A stretch of DNA of 64,000 nucleotides. Origin: Vulcanimicrobiota bacterium. GTDB lineage: Bacteria; Vulcanimicrobiota; Vulcanimicrobiia; Vulcanimicrobiales; Vulcanimicrobiaceae. The translations under genes and the position numbers were made by a program. Below are positions 20,662-32,108 of this stretch, piece after piece. The stretch is from the NCBI GenBank assembly GCA_963733295.1, contig CAVTCS010000003.1, forward strand, positions 2,048,001-2,112,000, written 5' to 3'. How positions within the stretch are numbered: position 1 is the first letter of the stretch; each line of letters starts with the position of its first letter. The notes below the pieces were generated by a model, which was not told where the DNA came from, did no database searches, and saw only the letters and a list, made by a program, of their open reading frames with translations.

Positions 20662-22603
20662 TCAACGCTGCTCGGTCGGTGAAACCACATTCCTTTGAAG
20701 AAAGCGGCGAAGTTGATCCAAGCTCCGCGGCAACGGGGCAATCAGAAATCCGTCCCGGCCATTCTCTGCGACGATTCGGTAATCCGAAACCTCACCCTGC
20801 GAATCCACTCTAAGACGAACCGCCGGCGCGCGAAAGAGCAGCTTTAGCGCTTGCCCCAGCAAGCTGTACCGCACGTCCAAAGTCATGAATAAAAGGTCGT
20901 CTGAAGAAACGATCGGTATCGGTTCATTCCATGAGTATACGTGGCTGAGAAAGCCGCGTCCGCAACGCTACACCTATTCGGAACGCGCTTCATGACCAAT
21001 ACGTCTTGGTTCCCTTCGGTCGCGACGATTCGCGGAATGGCGGGATCAATGGAATAGTTGCACAGAATCTCGCAGCGTGGCAGCAGGTTGATCCCAGAGA
21101 GGATGCCTGCCATCGATAGCATCCCAGAGATAAAGCGTTCGCGCGGCGCCCGTTGTCCTGACGTGTTCAGCGTCGACGTGATCGAGCGCCGGAGTGTATG
21201 CAGAATATGCTTGAAGAACGGGATCTGGATTCCAGACGAATCCGTTCGCAAAGACAACCGAAGTCTCCCAGGCGACGTCCACAGACGAACTGCCGATCGC
21301 CTTCACCACCGACGGCGCCAGGCGGTCGGGCCGCAGACCGTCGCTGTCGATTGCAGCGACTTGCTGGCCGCCACGCCAGGCTCCCATGAACCGCGCAAGG
21401 TCCCGACCGACCCGTTCCGGCGATAGCGCATTGAGACGGGGCCTCGGGTGCCCCTCGGCGCGCCCCACGAACACTGAGCTGCGAAAAGCAATCGGCGTGA
21501 CGACAGCATTGATCGCAAGAGATCGGCGAAGCCGGCGGACAAGCGAAGCACAGTACGCAGACCAGCAGAGCCGTCCAGAACGCGTATAACACATGGAGAT
21601 CTTGGCGCACGAAGCCCTCCTTGAATTCTAAGAAGGCTACAAGGGCGAGGGCGAGCGACTCCCCGAGACCAAGCGTGCGAACGTTGCCAACCAAAATCAA
21701 CCCAACGACGGCAAGAACGCAAAACGCCAGCACGAGTTGCCAGTTCGGACCCTCAATCATCATCGCGGACGAGTAGCCGGATGCGATCTGTAGAGAGTAG
21801 TGCAAATACTCGCGGTACGCCGGCAGGATCGCCATCGCGATTGCGCAGAGAACCGCCACGACCGTGAACGCTGCCGATGGCACTCCGCGTGCGCGATCCC
21901 GTGCGAGCAGCGCTCCCGCGGCGACGATCGCTAGCGCGAGCGAAACGGACACCCCGTACGTCGCGGACGCGAACGACGCGCCCGATGCAACGACGACGGC
22001 CACGAGAAACGCGAGCGCTCTTACGGTATTCAGCCGCGGCGGGAACCCGGGTAGCGCGAACACGGCGAGGCCGCCGGCGACGGCCGCTACGCCCAGGTTG
22101 AATTTGACGAGCAGTGCGAGCCCACTGAGGAAGCCGATCGCGACTACCGGTCCGCTGCCGCGCGCGGCTCTTATCCAAGGGCTGACCCAAAGCAGCATCA
22201 AGCTCAATAAGAGAACGTCCGGCGTCCACGCCTCGGTGACGGCAAAAGCGATGGCGATGACGAAAGCACATTTGACTGCAAAAGGCGAGCGGCCGGTGAG
22301 GTTGATGGCGACGGCAAGCGCACAGAGAACGGCGAGTGCGAAGGCGAAGGCGACCATTCCCCGGTAGGCGCTCCACACCGCCGAACCCGCCGCCAAGTAG
22401 CCGAGCGGCCCGTACGTGAAAACGATGTCCTTGCCAAACGCGAGTCCGGCAAGATGCGCCTCGGTGAGCGCTAGTTGCCACGAGCCGTCCAGACCAGTCG
22501 ACACCAGCGGTGGCAAACGGAAGGCCCGCAGAAATACGAAAACTGAAACGAGCACGAGGGAGACCCACTCCCACGGCGCGCCACGGGTTCGGGACGAACT
22601 CAA
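20662..22603 (-). CDS. Large polytopic membrane protein of glycan locus (GT-C-like; frameshifted)
   Basis: GLDGSW, FGKDIVFTYGPLGY, FKEGFVRQD, PVLQAYSAYTPALD and IDGRHP motifs in successive frames. Confidence 0.65.
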
Positions 22604-22613
22604 ACCGCCTCCG

Positions 22614-23610
22614 CTACGAGGCGTTGCGCGCTTTTAGAGATGCCGCGACGTAACGGTGCGTGTCATCGATTATGAAGTCGATGCCGTACTTGGGCTCCCA
22701 GCCGATCGCCTTCTTCAACTTCTGGTTGAGCCCGATCCTGAATCGCACGTCGGCGGGCGGGACGGGCATCGGTTTAACGGGCGGGAAGTTCGTACCACGG
22801 TTCACGCGCGCCCAAATCTTCTTGGCAAGCTCGCCGATCTTCTCCGTACTTTCCCCGCAGATATTGAAGTCGTCGTTTTCAAGGCCGTTTTGTAGCATCG
22901 CAGCGAGCGCCTCCGAGATATCCTTAGCGTGAGTGAAGGTTCGCACTTGCTCGCCGTCGCCGAAAATCTCAAAGGGCGTCTGCTTGACGATCGCCTTGTA
23001 GACGAAGTCGGGTATGACGTGCGACATTCCGAACTCGACGCTTCCATCCGACTTGATGTCCGGCAGCTCGCCGCTCCCCACGGCGTTAAACGGACGCACG
23101 ATGAGGTAGCGTAAGCCGAATTCCTGGTGCGCGCCTCGCGTCATGAACTCTCCGAACAGCTTCTGCATGCCGTAGTTGGTCACGGGCACCGGCTGTTGCA
23201 GGGAATCGGCCTCGGTGACAGGGCGGTCCATCCGCTCGTAGATCATCGACGAAGAAAAGTAGACGAACAGCGCCTCGGGGGCAGCGGCCAGCGTCGAATC
23301 GATCGCGTGTGCGAGAAGCTCGGTGTTATCGCGCGAGATACGATACGGGATCTTGTGAAAGTAGCGAATACCGCCGATCAGCGCTGCAAGACATAGGATG
23401 ACGTCGTATCCCTTGAACTCCATGGGATACATCGTCCGAACGTCCTTAATTTCGAGCCTGACATTCGGATGCTCGTAGAAATCGTGCTCGATATAACCGT
23501 ATTTCGAGAAGTTGTCGATGATCGTCACGCGGTGGCCTGCGTTGAGCAGCTCTCGTACGACGTACGATCCAATGAAGCCGGCACCACCGAGGCACAGAAT
23601 GTTCTTCCAT
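22614..23610 (-). CDS. NAD-dependent epimerase/dehydratase (one extra base after ATG)
   Basis: KNILCLGGAGFIG upstream of the listed ORF in the same frame; YGMQK; GDGEQVRTF. Confidence 0.88.
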
Positions 23611-23618
23611 GTTTTCTC

Positions 23619-24335
23619 CTAGATGTTAGCTGACGAGGTGCGTCTCCGGAACGCGTACGTATACCACCGCATATAGTGAGGGAGCCATTTCCGAATGTTG
23701 AAGTGCGAAGTTCCCGATACGCGGTCCCGCCAGGTCGTCGGGATTTCACCGATCCTATAGCCCGCGACATACGCCTTCACCACGAGCTCGAGTCCAATTT
23801 CGAATCCTGCTCGCGATTGTATAAGTGTCGCCCCGATGAACGCGCCTCGATACATTTTGAAATTGTTGGTTGCGTCGTGCGTCGGTATGCCGCTGAGCAA
23901 ATGAAGTGAAAGCCCGGCCGTACGCGACATGAGACTCTTGAGAGGTGGCCCCCCGATCTGCCGGCCACCACGCATATAGCGGGAACCGCACACGACGTCG
24001 TAACGGTTTTCCTCGATCAACTCGTACATCGTGTTAATATCGTTAAGGTCGTCGGATAAGTCCGCCATAGTGACGGCGACGGCGGTGCAACCGGCACCCC
24101 CTTCCAAGCCCGTTTTAACTGCATTTAACGCGCCACGGCCGTATCTATTTTTTAGGAGGCGAATCGGAAAGGGTGAGGCTTGCATCCGCTCCCGGACGAT
24201 CGGCAGCGTGTCGTCCTCGTCGAAATCGTAGACGATCGTCAGTTCGAACGGCACGCGAACCTGCGCCGCAACGGAGTCCAAAAGGTGCCCGATATTCCCA
24301 GCTTCGTTGTAGACTGGACAGACTAGCGATAGCAT
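23619..24335 (-). CDS. GT2 polyprenol-phosphate glycosyltransferase (DPM1-like)
   Basis: PVYNE, MADLSD, GSRYMRGG, HDATNNFK. Confidence 0.9.
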   Translation of the reverse strand: MLSLVCPVYNEAGNIGHLLDSVAAQVRVPFELTIVYDFDEDDTLPIVRERMQASPFPIRLLKNRYGRGALNAVKTGLEGGAGCTAVAVTMADLSDDLNDINTMYELIEENRYDVVCGSRYMRGGRQIGGPPLKSLMSRTAGLSLHLLSGIPTHDATNNFKMYRGAFIGATLIQSRAGFEIGLELVVKAYVAGYRIGEIPTTWRDRVSGTSHFNIRKWLPHYMRWYTYAFRRRTSSANI

Positions 24336-24357
24336 CAGACGAAAATGCGGGGCCGCT

Positions 24358-25650
24358 TCAGAGGACGCAACCTCCGCCCCACATGTTCCATACGTCTACG
24401 ACGACTTTGCCGTCCGGAATCGTGAGGTCGCGGTACTCACGATGTGGAGCGCCGAGGATGACGACGTCGCAGCGTTCGACGAGCTCATCTGCGGGCACGA
24501 AGCCAGCCTCCGCAATATAAACGTCCGAGCAAAGGACCTTCTTGCTCTCGAAGGCGAGCACCTTACGCAGCTTATACGAAAGCGACTCACGCTTGTCGTC
24601 GCTATTCGCCTTGAAGGCCATCCCTAAGATGCCAACAGTAAGCTGCGTGAGGTCGCAACGGCGCTTCAATCTGTCGACCAAATAGTTTGGTAGCCCTTCG
24701 TTTACGAGCATCGCGGCGTGGCCGAGATAGAATCTGTTGTTGTTGAACGCGGCTAACTGCATCGCGTCCTTAAAAAGACACGGCCCAGCTGCAAAACCCG
24801 GCTTGGGCAAGTCCTTTGCGCGTGGATAGTTATGGGTCATCGCATGGTGGATGCGATAGAAATCGGCGCCGTGGTCGTTCGCAAGCATAAAAAATTGGTT
24901 AGCGGTCGCGAATAGGGTGTAACGCCACGTATTCGTGAACAACTTTGCCAGTTCGGCCTCGATCGGGTCGAGCTCCACGACGTCCTGGGTCAAGGGGGCG
25001 AAGAGGTCGCGACAGCGCTGCAGACCTTCGGCTGAGTACGAGGAGATGATCTGGGGCAGCGTCCGCAGTTCTTCCATCGCGTGCCCCTCGGCAATGCGTT
25101 CCGGGCAAAACGTGACTTCAACGTCCTTTCCGCTTTCACACAGCAGACGCTTGAGGCGATCGGTCGTTCCGGGATACACCGTACTCCGCAAGACCAGAAG
25201 TTGTCCGTCGACGAGATGTTCCGACAGCGAATTCATGAGCGCACGGATCGGATCAAACTCCGGATTCAGATGGCGATCGACCGGAGTTCCGATCACGACG
25301 ATGACGACGTCGGCATCCGAAACCACGCGCGAGTCCAGGCTGAGGTGGAGCGTGCCGCGCGCGAGTGCTCCACGCAAGACTTCTTCGCACCCATCTTCCT
25401 TAAAGGGGACCTGGCCCGCACGGATCCGCTTCTCGGCAACCGGGTCGATGTCGAGTGCGCAGACCCGACGCCCCGCGCCGGCGAGAGAGACGGCGAGCGG
25501 CAGACCGACATGTCCAAAGCCACCCACCACGACGATGTCGTAGGGTTTGGTGGAGGACCCGGGCTCGGGTCGCCGTTCAACGCTGTCCGCAGCTGCGCTC
25601 GAATGGACGCTCGACAAATCGATCCTCAGAGAATGGAGTACAGTACTCCG
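24358..25650 (-). CDS. Nucleotide-sugar dehydrogenase (UDP-ManNAc/GlcNAc dehydrogenase family)
   Basis: GFGHVGLP, STVYPGTT, CPERI, AELAKL, AGPCL, DKRES; start uncertain. Confidence 0.9.
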   Translation of the reverse strand, partial: RSTVLHSLRIDLSSVHSSAAADSVERRPEPGSSTKPYDIVVVGGFGHVGLPLAVSLAGAGRRVCALDIDPVAEKRIRAGQVPFKEDGCEEVLRGALARGTLHLSLDSRVVSDADVVIVVIGTPVDRHLNPEFDPIRALMNSLSEHLVDGQLLVLRSTVYPGTTDRLKRLLCESGKDVEVTFCPERIAEGHAMEELRTLPQIISSYSAEGLQRCRDLFAPLTQDVVELDPIEAELAKLFTNTWRYTLFATANQFFMLANDHGADFYRIHHAMTHNYPRAKDLPKPGFAAGPCLFKDAMQLAAFNNNRFYLGHAAMLVNEGLPNYLVDRLKRRCDLTQLTVGILGMAFKANSDDKRESLSYKLRKVLAFESKKVLCSDVYIAEAGFVPADELVERCDVVILGAPHREYRDLTIPDGKVVVDVWNMWGGGCVL

Positions 25651-25651
25651 G

Positions 25652-26992
25652 TTATCGGCAAGAAGGCGGGCACCCTGCCCTCTGACCGCGTGGCGGCCCT
25701 TCGCCGACGCCCAGAAGGCTCGCAAAGGCATCGCGAGCGGATGGCGCTGACGGATACAGCTGGCGCAACTGGTCATCGCTTGCCGTCTCGAAGTGGCGCG
25801 CAACATCGTAATCAGCGGCGCGCGATGCGTATGTGGCCTGCATGTCGCTCAACCCCTCAAAGGTTTGTATGACGAACAGAACCGCCCCAGCGTACAAGCT
25901 GAAGATCATCGCCAGCCTTGCGGTTCGCTGCAATTTAAGACCGCTCGATGCTAAGAAGCCGAGCGATACGAGCGCAATCCAGAGCAGCGACGACAGCGTC
26001 ACATATCGTCCAGACAATGCCTGGTCGGCGCCGAGGCCCGCCCTCCCGACCGCGGTCAGTATCGAAGAAAAAATTGCGAAGGCCCCGAGCGCGATCCACG
26101 GAGCCATCCGGTCACGTAGTTCGAACCCCTTATGTCGCCGGAGAGCCAGTCCCACAGATACCGAGAAGCCGACGAGGCCAAGCACCCCGAGAGCGACCGA
26201 CAAGCCAACACCGCCGGGACGTCCAAGCGCGCCGCCGAGATACGCCAGGACGTACAATACAACGGTGCCGGCCGCGGCGTGTTCCGCACCCGACGTCGAG
26301 TGCCCGAGATATTCGTACCCGTAAAAATAAACGCACACGGCCAGAACGGCGGAGCCGACCCATAGGAGCAGGCTGCGCCGGTTCAAAGGGCTCGCTAACG
26401 CCAGCGCGACCGCCCCAGCCGGCCAAACATTGAGTCCGAATAGGCTCGAGAACGAAGCGATGTAGGCGGCCGTAATAGCCAATGCAAATGCGGCTGCTGG
26501 GCGCCGCCTCTGTTGGAGGAAAAAAAGCAACGCGAAAAGGCACGTGTTGATTAGGAACCAAACGGTTTGAAAGCCCCACAGCCAATTCTCCGTTTGCCCC
26601 AGTGAAAAAAGCAGCAGAGACTCGATGGCAAAGACGACCAGCGCCGATTTGCCTCCAATCGTCGCCCGCAATAGCAGGAGGAGAAAAAGCTGCCCGACGA
26701 CGGCGATCGCGAGGCTCGCAAGACATTCGCGCAACTGGCTCCAGCCACCGAGGCTCGCCAGTCCGAGAGCGATCAACTTGCCGAACAAGATGCGGTGGTC
26801 ATTGTGTTGTGCCCACAACGGCCCAAAACTGATAGAGCCTTTGTGGAGCGATACGATGAGCGGCGCCCAGTCGATTTCATCTTCGAACGGCACGTTGACC
26901 GCAAAGCGGGCGATAAGGAGCGCCACTACCAAAGGCGGAAGCATCGCACATACAGCCCAAGCAAAGCCCACGGAGTTAGAGAAGCTCTTCAC
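25652..26992 (-). CDS. Polytopic membrane protein (putative GT-C glycan modification enzyme)
   Basis: VNVPFEDE, QHNDHR, ENWLWGFQ, SGRY motifs; about 11 TM segments. Confidence 0.7.
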   Translation of the reverse strand: MKSFSNSVGFAWAVCAMLPPLVVALLIARFAVNVPFEDEIDWAPLIVSLHKGSISFGPLWAQHNDHRILFGKLIALGLASLGGWSQLRECLASLAIAVVGQLFLLLLLRATIGGKSALVVFAIESLLLFSLGQTENWLWGFQTVWFLINTCLFALLFFLQQRRRPAAAFALAITAAYIASFSSLFGLNVWPAGAVALALASPLNRRSLLLWVGSAVLAVCVYFYGYEYLGHSTSGAEHAAAGTVVLYVLAYLGGALGRPGGVGLSVALGVLGLVGFSVSVGLALRRHKGFELRDRMAPWIALGAFAIFSSILTAVGRAGLGADQALSGRYVTLSSLLWIALVSLGFLASSGLKLQRTARLAMIFSLYAGAVLFVIQTFEGLSDMQATYASRAADYDVARHFETASDDQLRQLYPSAPSARDAFASLLGVGEGPPRGQRAGCPPSCR

Positions 26993-27014
26993 GGATGACT
27001 AGCCACAGGCTCGC

Positions 27015-27661
27015 ATGCCAAACCAACTGACTGCAACCATCCTCTTGACTGCAACCTGTGCGGCACTTTCGTATTTCTCCTTTCGCCGCACGCGCGACGC
27101 AACGCTGTCGGCAGCGCTCGGAATCATTGTGTTTCTCGCGTTCTTGGCCGGTTCGCTGTTCCGGCCCGTCGACTTCGCTCCAAAACGCGTGTCGCTCGAG
27201 ACCGGAGTCGCCGAGCATGTCGAGGGGGACGATCGCGCCGCCGTCAAGCTCGACCGGCAGGCGCTCGACAATCTCCGAACATTCCGGTGCCGGCCAACGG
27301 GCATATCGATTTCGTCGGCGTGCGTCGAAATGGGGCGATCGAGTCGTCCGGCGCTCCCGTACTGCATGCGGGGGACGAGCTGGTGTTGCGCGGGTCGATC
27401 GGCGATCCGATCGCACACGGCACCGGCAGCGGCCTCATCGCAATCGTGAACTCTTCGCAGCGTTTCGACTTCTCATCCGGATATATCGGTAGCGAGGCCG
27501 CGAGCGAGGGGGCGAACGCGGGCACGGGTTTTGCGGTAGAATTGCCCGCTTCGTCGCTGCAACGAGGGAGCAGCCAGGTGCAACTTGCCGTTATGGCGGC
27601 CGACGAACGCGGCTTCTTCAAACTGCCGGATAGGGTGACGGTCACCGTGACAGAACGGTAA
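27015..27661 (+). CDS. Membrane-anchored hypothetical protein (frameshift near 27285)
   Basis: Two TM segments, then a beta module (GHID...TGFAVELP) in the next frame. Confidence 0.55.
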
Positions 27662-27667
27662 GCGCCA

Positions 27668-28503
27668 ATGCTGGATCGCCTGACCCCTGTGGAAGCGCAG
27701 TTAGGGCTGCCGAAAACCCGCGCCGTATCGACCGGGCTAGAGAGATACCTCGACCTGGTCCGCATATTGTCGAGCCGCACGCTGAAGACCCGTTATCGGG
27801 GCTCCATCTTGGGTGTTTACTGGTCGCTTTCGAACCCGATCCTGATGACGGGGATTTACTCCGCGATCTTCGGAACGCATTTGCGAGCTACTACGGCAAC
27901 TCAGTGTTGCGTTACGTGTTGGCCACATTCACCGGACTCGCCGTGCTGAACATCTTTTCCAATACGACTTCGCAAGCTCTTACGAGCGTCGTCGACAACG
28001 GCGGCCTTCTTAACAAGGTTCGGCTCCCCGTCAGCGTCTTTCCCCTGTCGATCGTCGCCTCGAACGCCTTTCAATTCGCGGTCGGCACGTTGCCTGTTCT
28101 GTGTCTCGTTGCGGCCTTCGGCAGCCGCAGCCTACTCAACGTCTTGTGCGTCGTTTTTCCAGCCTTGTCGCTCCTTCTTGTCACTGTCGGATTTTCGTAC
28201 ATCGTTAGCGCGCTCTACGTCTTCTTCCGCGACCTGCCTTACATGTACGAGCTCGTCCTGTTCGTGATGTGGATTACCAGCCCAAACTTTTACCCCATCG
28301 ATATCGTCCCGCTGCGAGTGCGGCCTTTTCTTGCTTTGAACCCGCTCGTGCCGATCATTAGCAGTTTGCGTCAGATCGCGCTGACTCACAACGTTCCCAA
28401 TTTGATGCTCATTGGTTGGAGCTTGCTGACCGGGATAGTGACTTTGGCAGTCGGCTTGGCCGTCTTCCACGCACTGCGTAAAGAGTTCATGGACCTGCTG
28501 TGA
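27668..28503 (+). CDS. wzm: Polysaccharide ABC transporter permease (frameshift near 27885)
   Basis: [28 protein letters not shown]. Confidence 0.9.
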
Positions 28504-29252
28504 ACGCAATTGAACTCGACGGAGTCACGCTTCGGCGTCGCACGCAAGAGGAACTGAGTTACGATCTGAAGCGGTTGATCTTTCATTCGCTCACGAATCG
28601 TTATCGGAAACCTAAACGCCGCACCGTCCTGAACGAGGTAACCCTCAGCGTCGCCAAGGGTAAGAAAATTGGGATCATCGGCCCTAACGGTTCCGGAAAG
28701 TCTACCCTCCTGAAGGTAATCTGCGGGATATTGACGCCGTCTTGGGTCGCGTCGCGGTAGACGGGAGAATCGCACCTTTGATCGAGCTGGCGCCGGGTTC
28801 GACCCAAATATGTCGGTTATCGACAACATTGTTTTCTATGGCGTCTTGCTTGGTTTTCCTGAAGCCGACATGCGCGGACGCGTCCAGTCGATCCTGACGT
28901 TCGCCGAGCTCGAAGATCACGCGAGAGAACCTCTCAAGGCCTTGTCCTCCGGGATGCTGGCGCGACTCGGCTTTGGGATCGCCACGGACGTCCGCCCCGA
29001 TATTCTCTTGGTGGATGAAGTCCTGTCGGTCGGAGATCAGAGCTTTCGTACAAATCGAACGCGCGCATGCAAGAACTTTGGACCGAGCATTCGACGATCG
29101 TTCTCGTTTCACACGAGCTCGAGTTCATCGAAAAAGCGTGTACCCGCGCACTCTGGATGCAGGAGGGACGGATCGCGATGTTAGGTCCTGCTGCGGAGGT
29201 AACGGACAGCTACCGGAATTCTGCTGGAGTTCCGCCGCTCTTGCCGGTCTAG
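28500..29252 (+). CDS. wzt: Polysaccharide ABC transporter ATPase without C-terminal CBM (several frameshifts)
   Basis: [25 protein letters not shown] and VSH in successive frames. Confidence 0.9.
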
Positions 29253-29260
29253 CATTTGCC

Positions 29261-31170
29261 TTAGACGACTTGGACCCGGACCGAATAGTCTTCACAGTCG
29301 AGTGTCAGATTCGCGTTATAGTTCGGATCGTGCGCGATGACCGTAGCCCACCGTTCCCGCATCTTCGCTTGTTCTTCGAGACTACGGGCGATCTTGAACG
29401 TACCTACGTCGTGACCCCGGCTTTTGGATTCGAAGTGGTAGAGCTGAACGTGTGGCAGGTTGACGATGCGGTAACCGGCTGCGACGATCTTGAGGCACAA
29501 ATCGATGTCGTTGAACGCGACGGTGAGCTCCTCGTCAAAGCCCCCGACCCGCTCGAAAACCTCGCGCCGGGTCATCAGGCAAGCGCCGGTCACCGCCGAG
29601 TAGTTGTTGATCGCTTTGAGCATGTTGGCGTGACCGTTGGCCGCGAGGGGAAAGTGCTTGTGGCTGTGACCGGCCACCCCGCCCAGGCCGATGACGACCC
29701 CGGCGTGCTGGACCGTGTCGTCGGGAATAGCAGCAGCGCACCGACAGCCCCGATGCTGGGACGCTGCGCCTGCTCGACCATGGCCGCAATCCAGCCCGCG
29801 CTCTTGGCTTCGGTATCGTTGTTGAGGAAGAGCACGTAGTGGCCGGTGCTCTTGCTGACAGCGTAGTTGTTGATACGCGAGAAGTTGAAGGGCACGTTGT
29901 AGCGCACCACGCGCACGCGCGGCTCCTTTTTGGCCCAGCGCTCGAAGGTCGCAAGCGACGCTTTCTCGGTGCTGCCGTTATCGAGCAGGATCACCTCGAG
30001 GTCCTTATAGCCCGCCTTGGCAAAGAGCGAAGAGAGGCAGCGCTCCACGTCCTCACCGTGATCGCGCGTGGGAACGATCACGCTGACCCGTTTGGGGTCG
30101 CGGATCGCATAGCGCACCAGGTACACCCCCGCGCAGTCGGCGCGCTCGGCAACCGTACCCGGTTCGCCCCGCCGCTCGAGTGCTTCGGCGATGGCCCGCT
30201 CGGCAGCCCGCGAACTGTAGGGCTCGGCGCGCGAGATCCCCGAGGCCGAGCCGCTGTGCTTGCGCCAGTGGTAAAGCACGCGCGGGATGTGGCGAATCCG
30301 CTCGGTCCGCTCGCTCAAGCGCAAGACCAAATCGTAGTCTTGGCTGCCGGCAAACTCGACGCGCAACCCACCCAGTTCCTCGACCAGCGCACGCCGGTAC
30401 ACCCCAAAGTGGCAGGTGTACATTCGCGAGAGGAACGAGTCGGGCGACCAGTCGGGTTTGAAGTGCGGCTCGCAGTAGAGTCCCGCCTCGTCGATCTTGT
30501 CCTCATCGGAGTAGAGCATGTCGACGTCGGGATAGCGGTTGATCGTCAGCGCGACTTCAAAGAGCGCGTCGGGCGAAAGCGTATCGTCGTGATCGAGAAA
30601 ACCCACGAACTCGCCTGTCGCCAAAGCCAGTGCGAGTTGCTCGCCGCGGCGATGTGGCCGTTCTGGGCGCGATAGATCACCTTGATGCGCGGGTCCAGTG
30701 CGGCGATTCTCGAGTACTTTGCGGACGTGCCGCTCTTTGGAGGCGTCGTCGGCGATGCACAACTCCCAATTGGGATAGGCTTGCGCGAGCACCGACTCGA
30801 TCGCCTCGCGCAAAAACCATTCGGGAGTCTCGTACGTCGCCATGATCACGCTGATCACCACGCGCCGCGGCAGCGCCTCGGACATCTCGCGCATCCGCAT
30901 TACATCCGAAGAACGCGACATGTTGCGCTGCAACCAGTGCGCATATGGCTCAGATGCGACTGCGGAACTCGCGAGCACCGGGGGAACTTGGTAGGGCGGC
31001 CAGGCGCCGTCTGCTGAGAACCCGAGCTTCTTCTTCAGGGCAAAGAAAACGTTCCGCAGCTTCCAAAAGCGGCTCAATTCCATCGTGCGGATCCGCCGCG
31101 TCATGTCGTCGATGAGCGGTTTCAAATTCGTCGCGTAGTCGCTTGAGGCTGGCCGCTTCGGATTGTTCAC
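29261..31170 (-). CDS. Two-domain GT2 glycosyltransferase, copy A (frameshifts)
   Basis: WELCIADDAS, LDHDD, YSDEDK, SQDYDL, LNNDTE, FNDIDLCL, YHFESKSRG. Confidence 0.9.
29422..30900 (-). repeat. Left arm of ~1.48 kb near-identical inverted repeat (GT2 core)
   Basis: Reverse complement matches 34079-35563 with only about ten visible differences. Confidence 0.92.
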
Positions 31171-31246
31171 AGAATTACTATCGTGCTCTTCAAGTCGCCG
31201 TGATGCTGGAGGAGACTAGAAAACTTCTCGCCTAGTTACTCATTCA

Positions 31247-32094
31247 ATGCTCTACAGATTCCCGGTCGGCTTCCAGAAGCATCCGGAGCGGGCGCCAGGC
31301 TCGATCGACGAGGTTCGCGTGCTTGACGGCGCTGCGGAACTCGACGATCTGCCTGCATCCAAAGAAGTGCCACGCGGTTGCACCTTAGTCGTCCGGGGAT
31401 GGGCTTTCGATCCCCTCACGATGGCGCCGGCCGCCAAGGTGGTCGTGACGATGGACGACCGCTTTCCGGCCGAGGCGAACTACGGCTCACCACGTGAGGA
31501 CATCGCCGGGCATTTTCAACAAAGCGAGCTCAACCCGACCGGCTTTAAAGCGATGATATCGACCGGCGGCGTTGCACTCGCGCCCACCTCCTGAAACTCT
31601 ACGTCCTTGCCGGCGATGGTTCGACGTTTTTCGAAACCTCGAGCGAATATTCGCTTGAAGTCGTTCAGGCGCGCCGCCAGATACCCGGCGACCCGCGGCT
31701 GCGCCGGGCGCGATTCACGTCGGCATCGACAGGTCAGAACGACGAGTGAAGGCGCAGGCGCGCCCGCCTTTCCAAAAGTGCCGCGGGGCGCGATTCTCTT
31801 CGTGCGGTCTGGGCGTTCGATGTCGCCCGAAAGATGCCGTGCCGTCGCGTCTACGTCACTTTGGGAGACGAATGCGTTCGCGCGATCTATGGCTTGCCGC
31901 GCGACGATGTCGCCAAAGACCAGCAGGTTGCTTCGGGTCGAGCGACCGGCTTCATCGCGCGCCTCACGACGGCCTCGCTGGGTGCCGGGGCATACACGCT
32001 CGCGATCACCGGCGTTGCCCCCGACGGCAGCGAGATCGGCGAAACGGCGTACGGGATGCAGATCGAAATCGTCGAGCCCGCGATGGCGCGCTAG
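31247..32094 (+). CDS. Hypothetical protein with two GW...RxDV/IA...TGF modules (frameshifted)
   Basis: VRGWAFD...YGSPREDIA...TGF and YGLPRDDVA...TGF fragments. Confidence 0.6.
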
Positions 32095-32108
32095 GGTTTC
32101 CTTTTTAC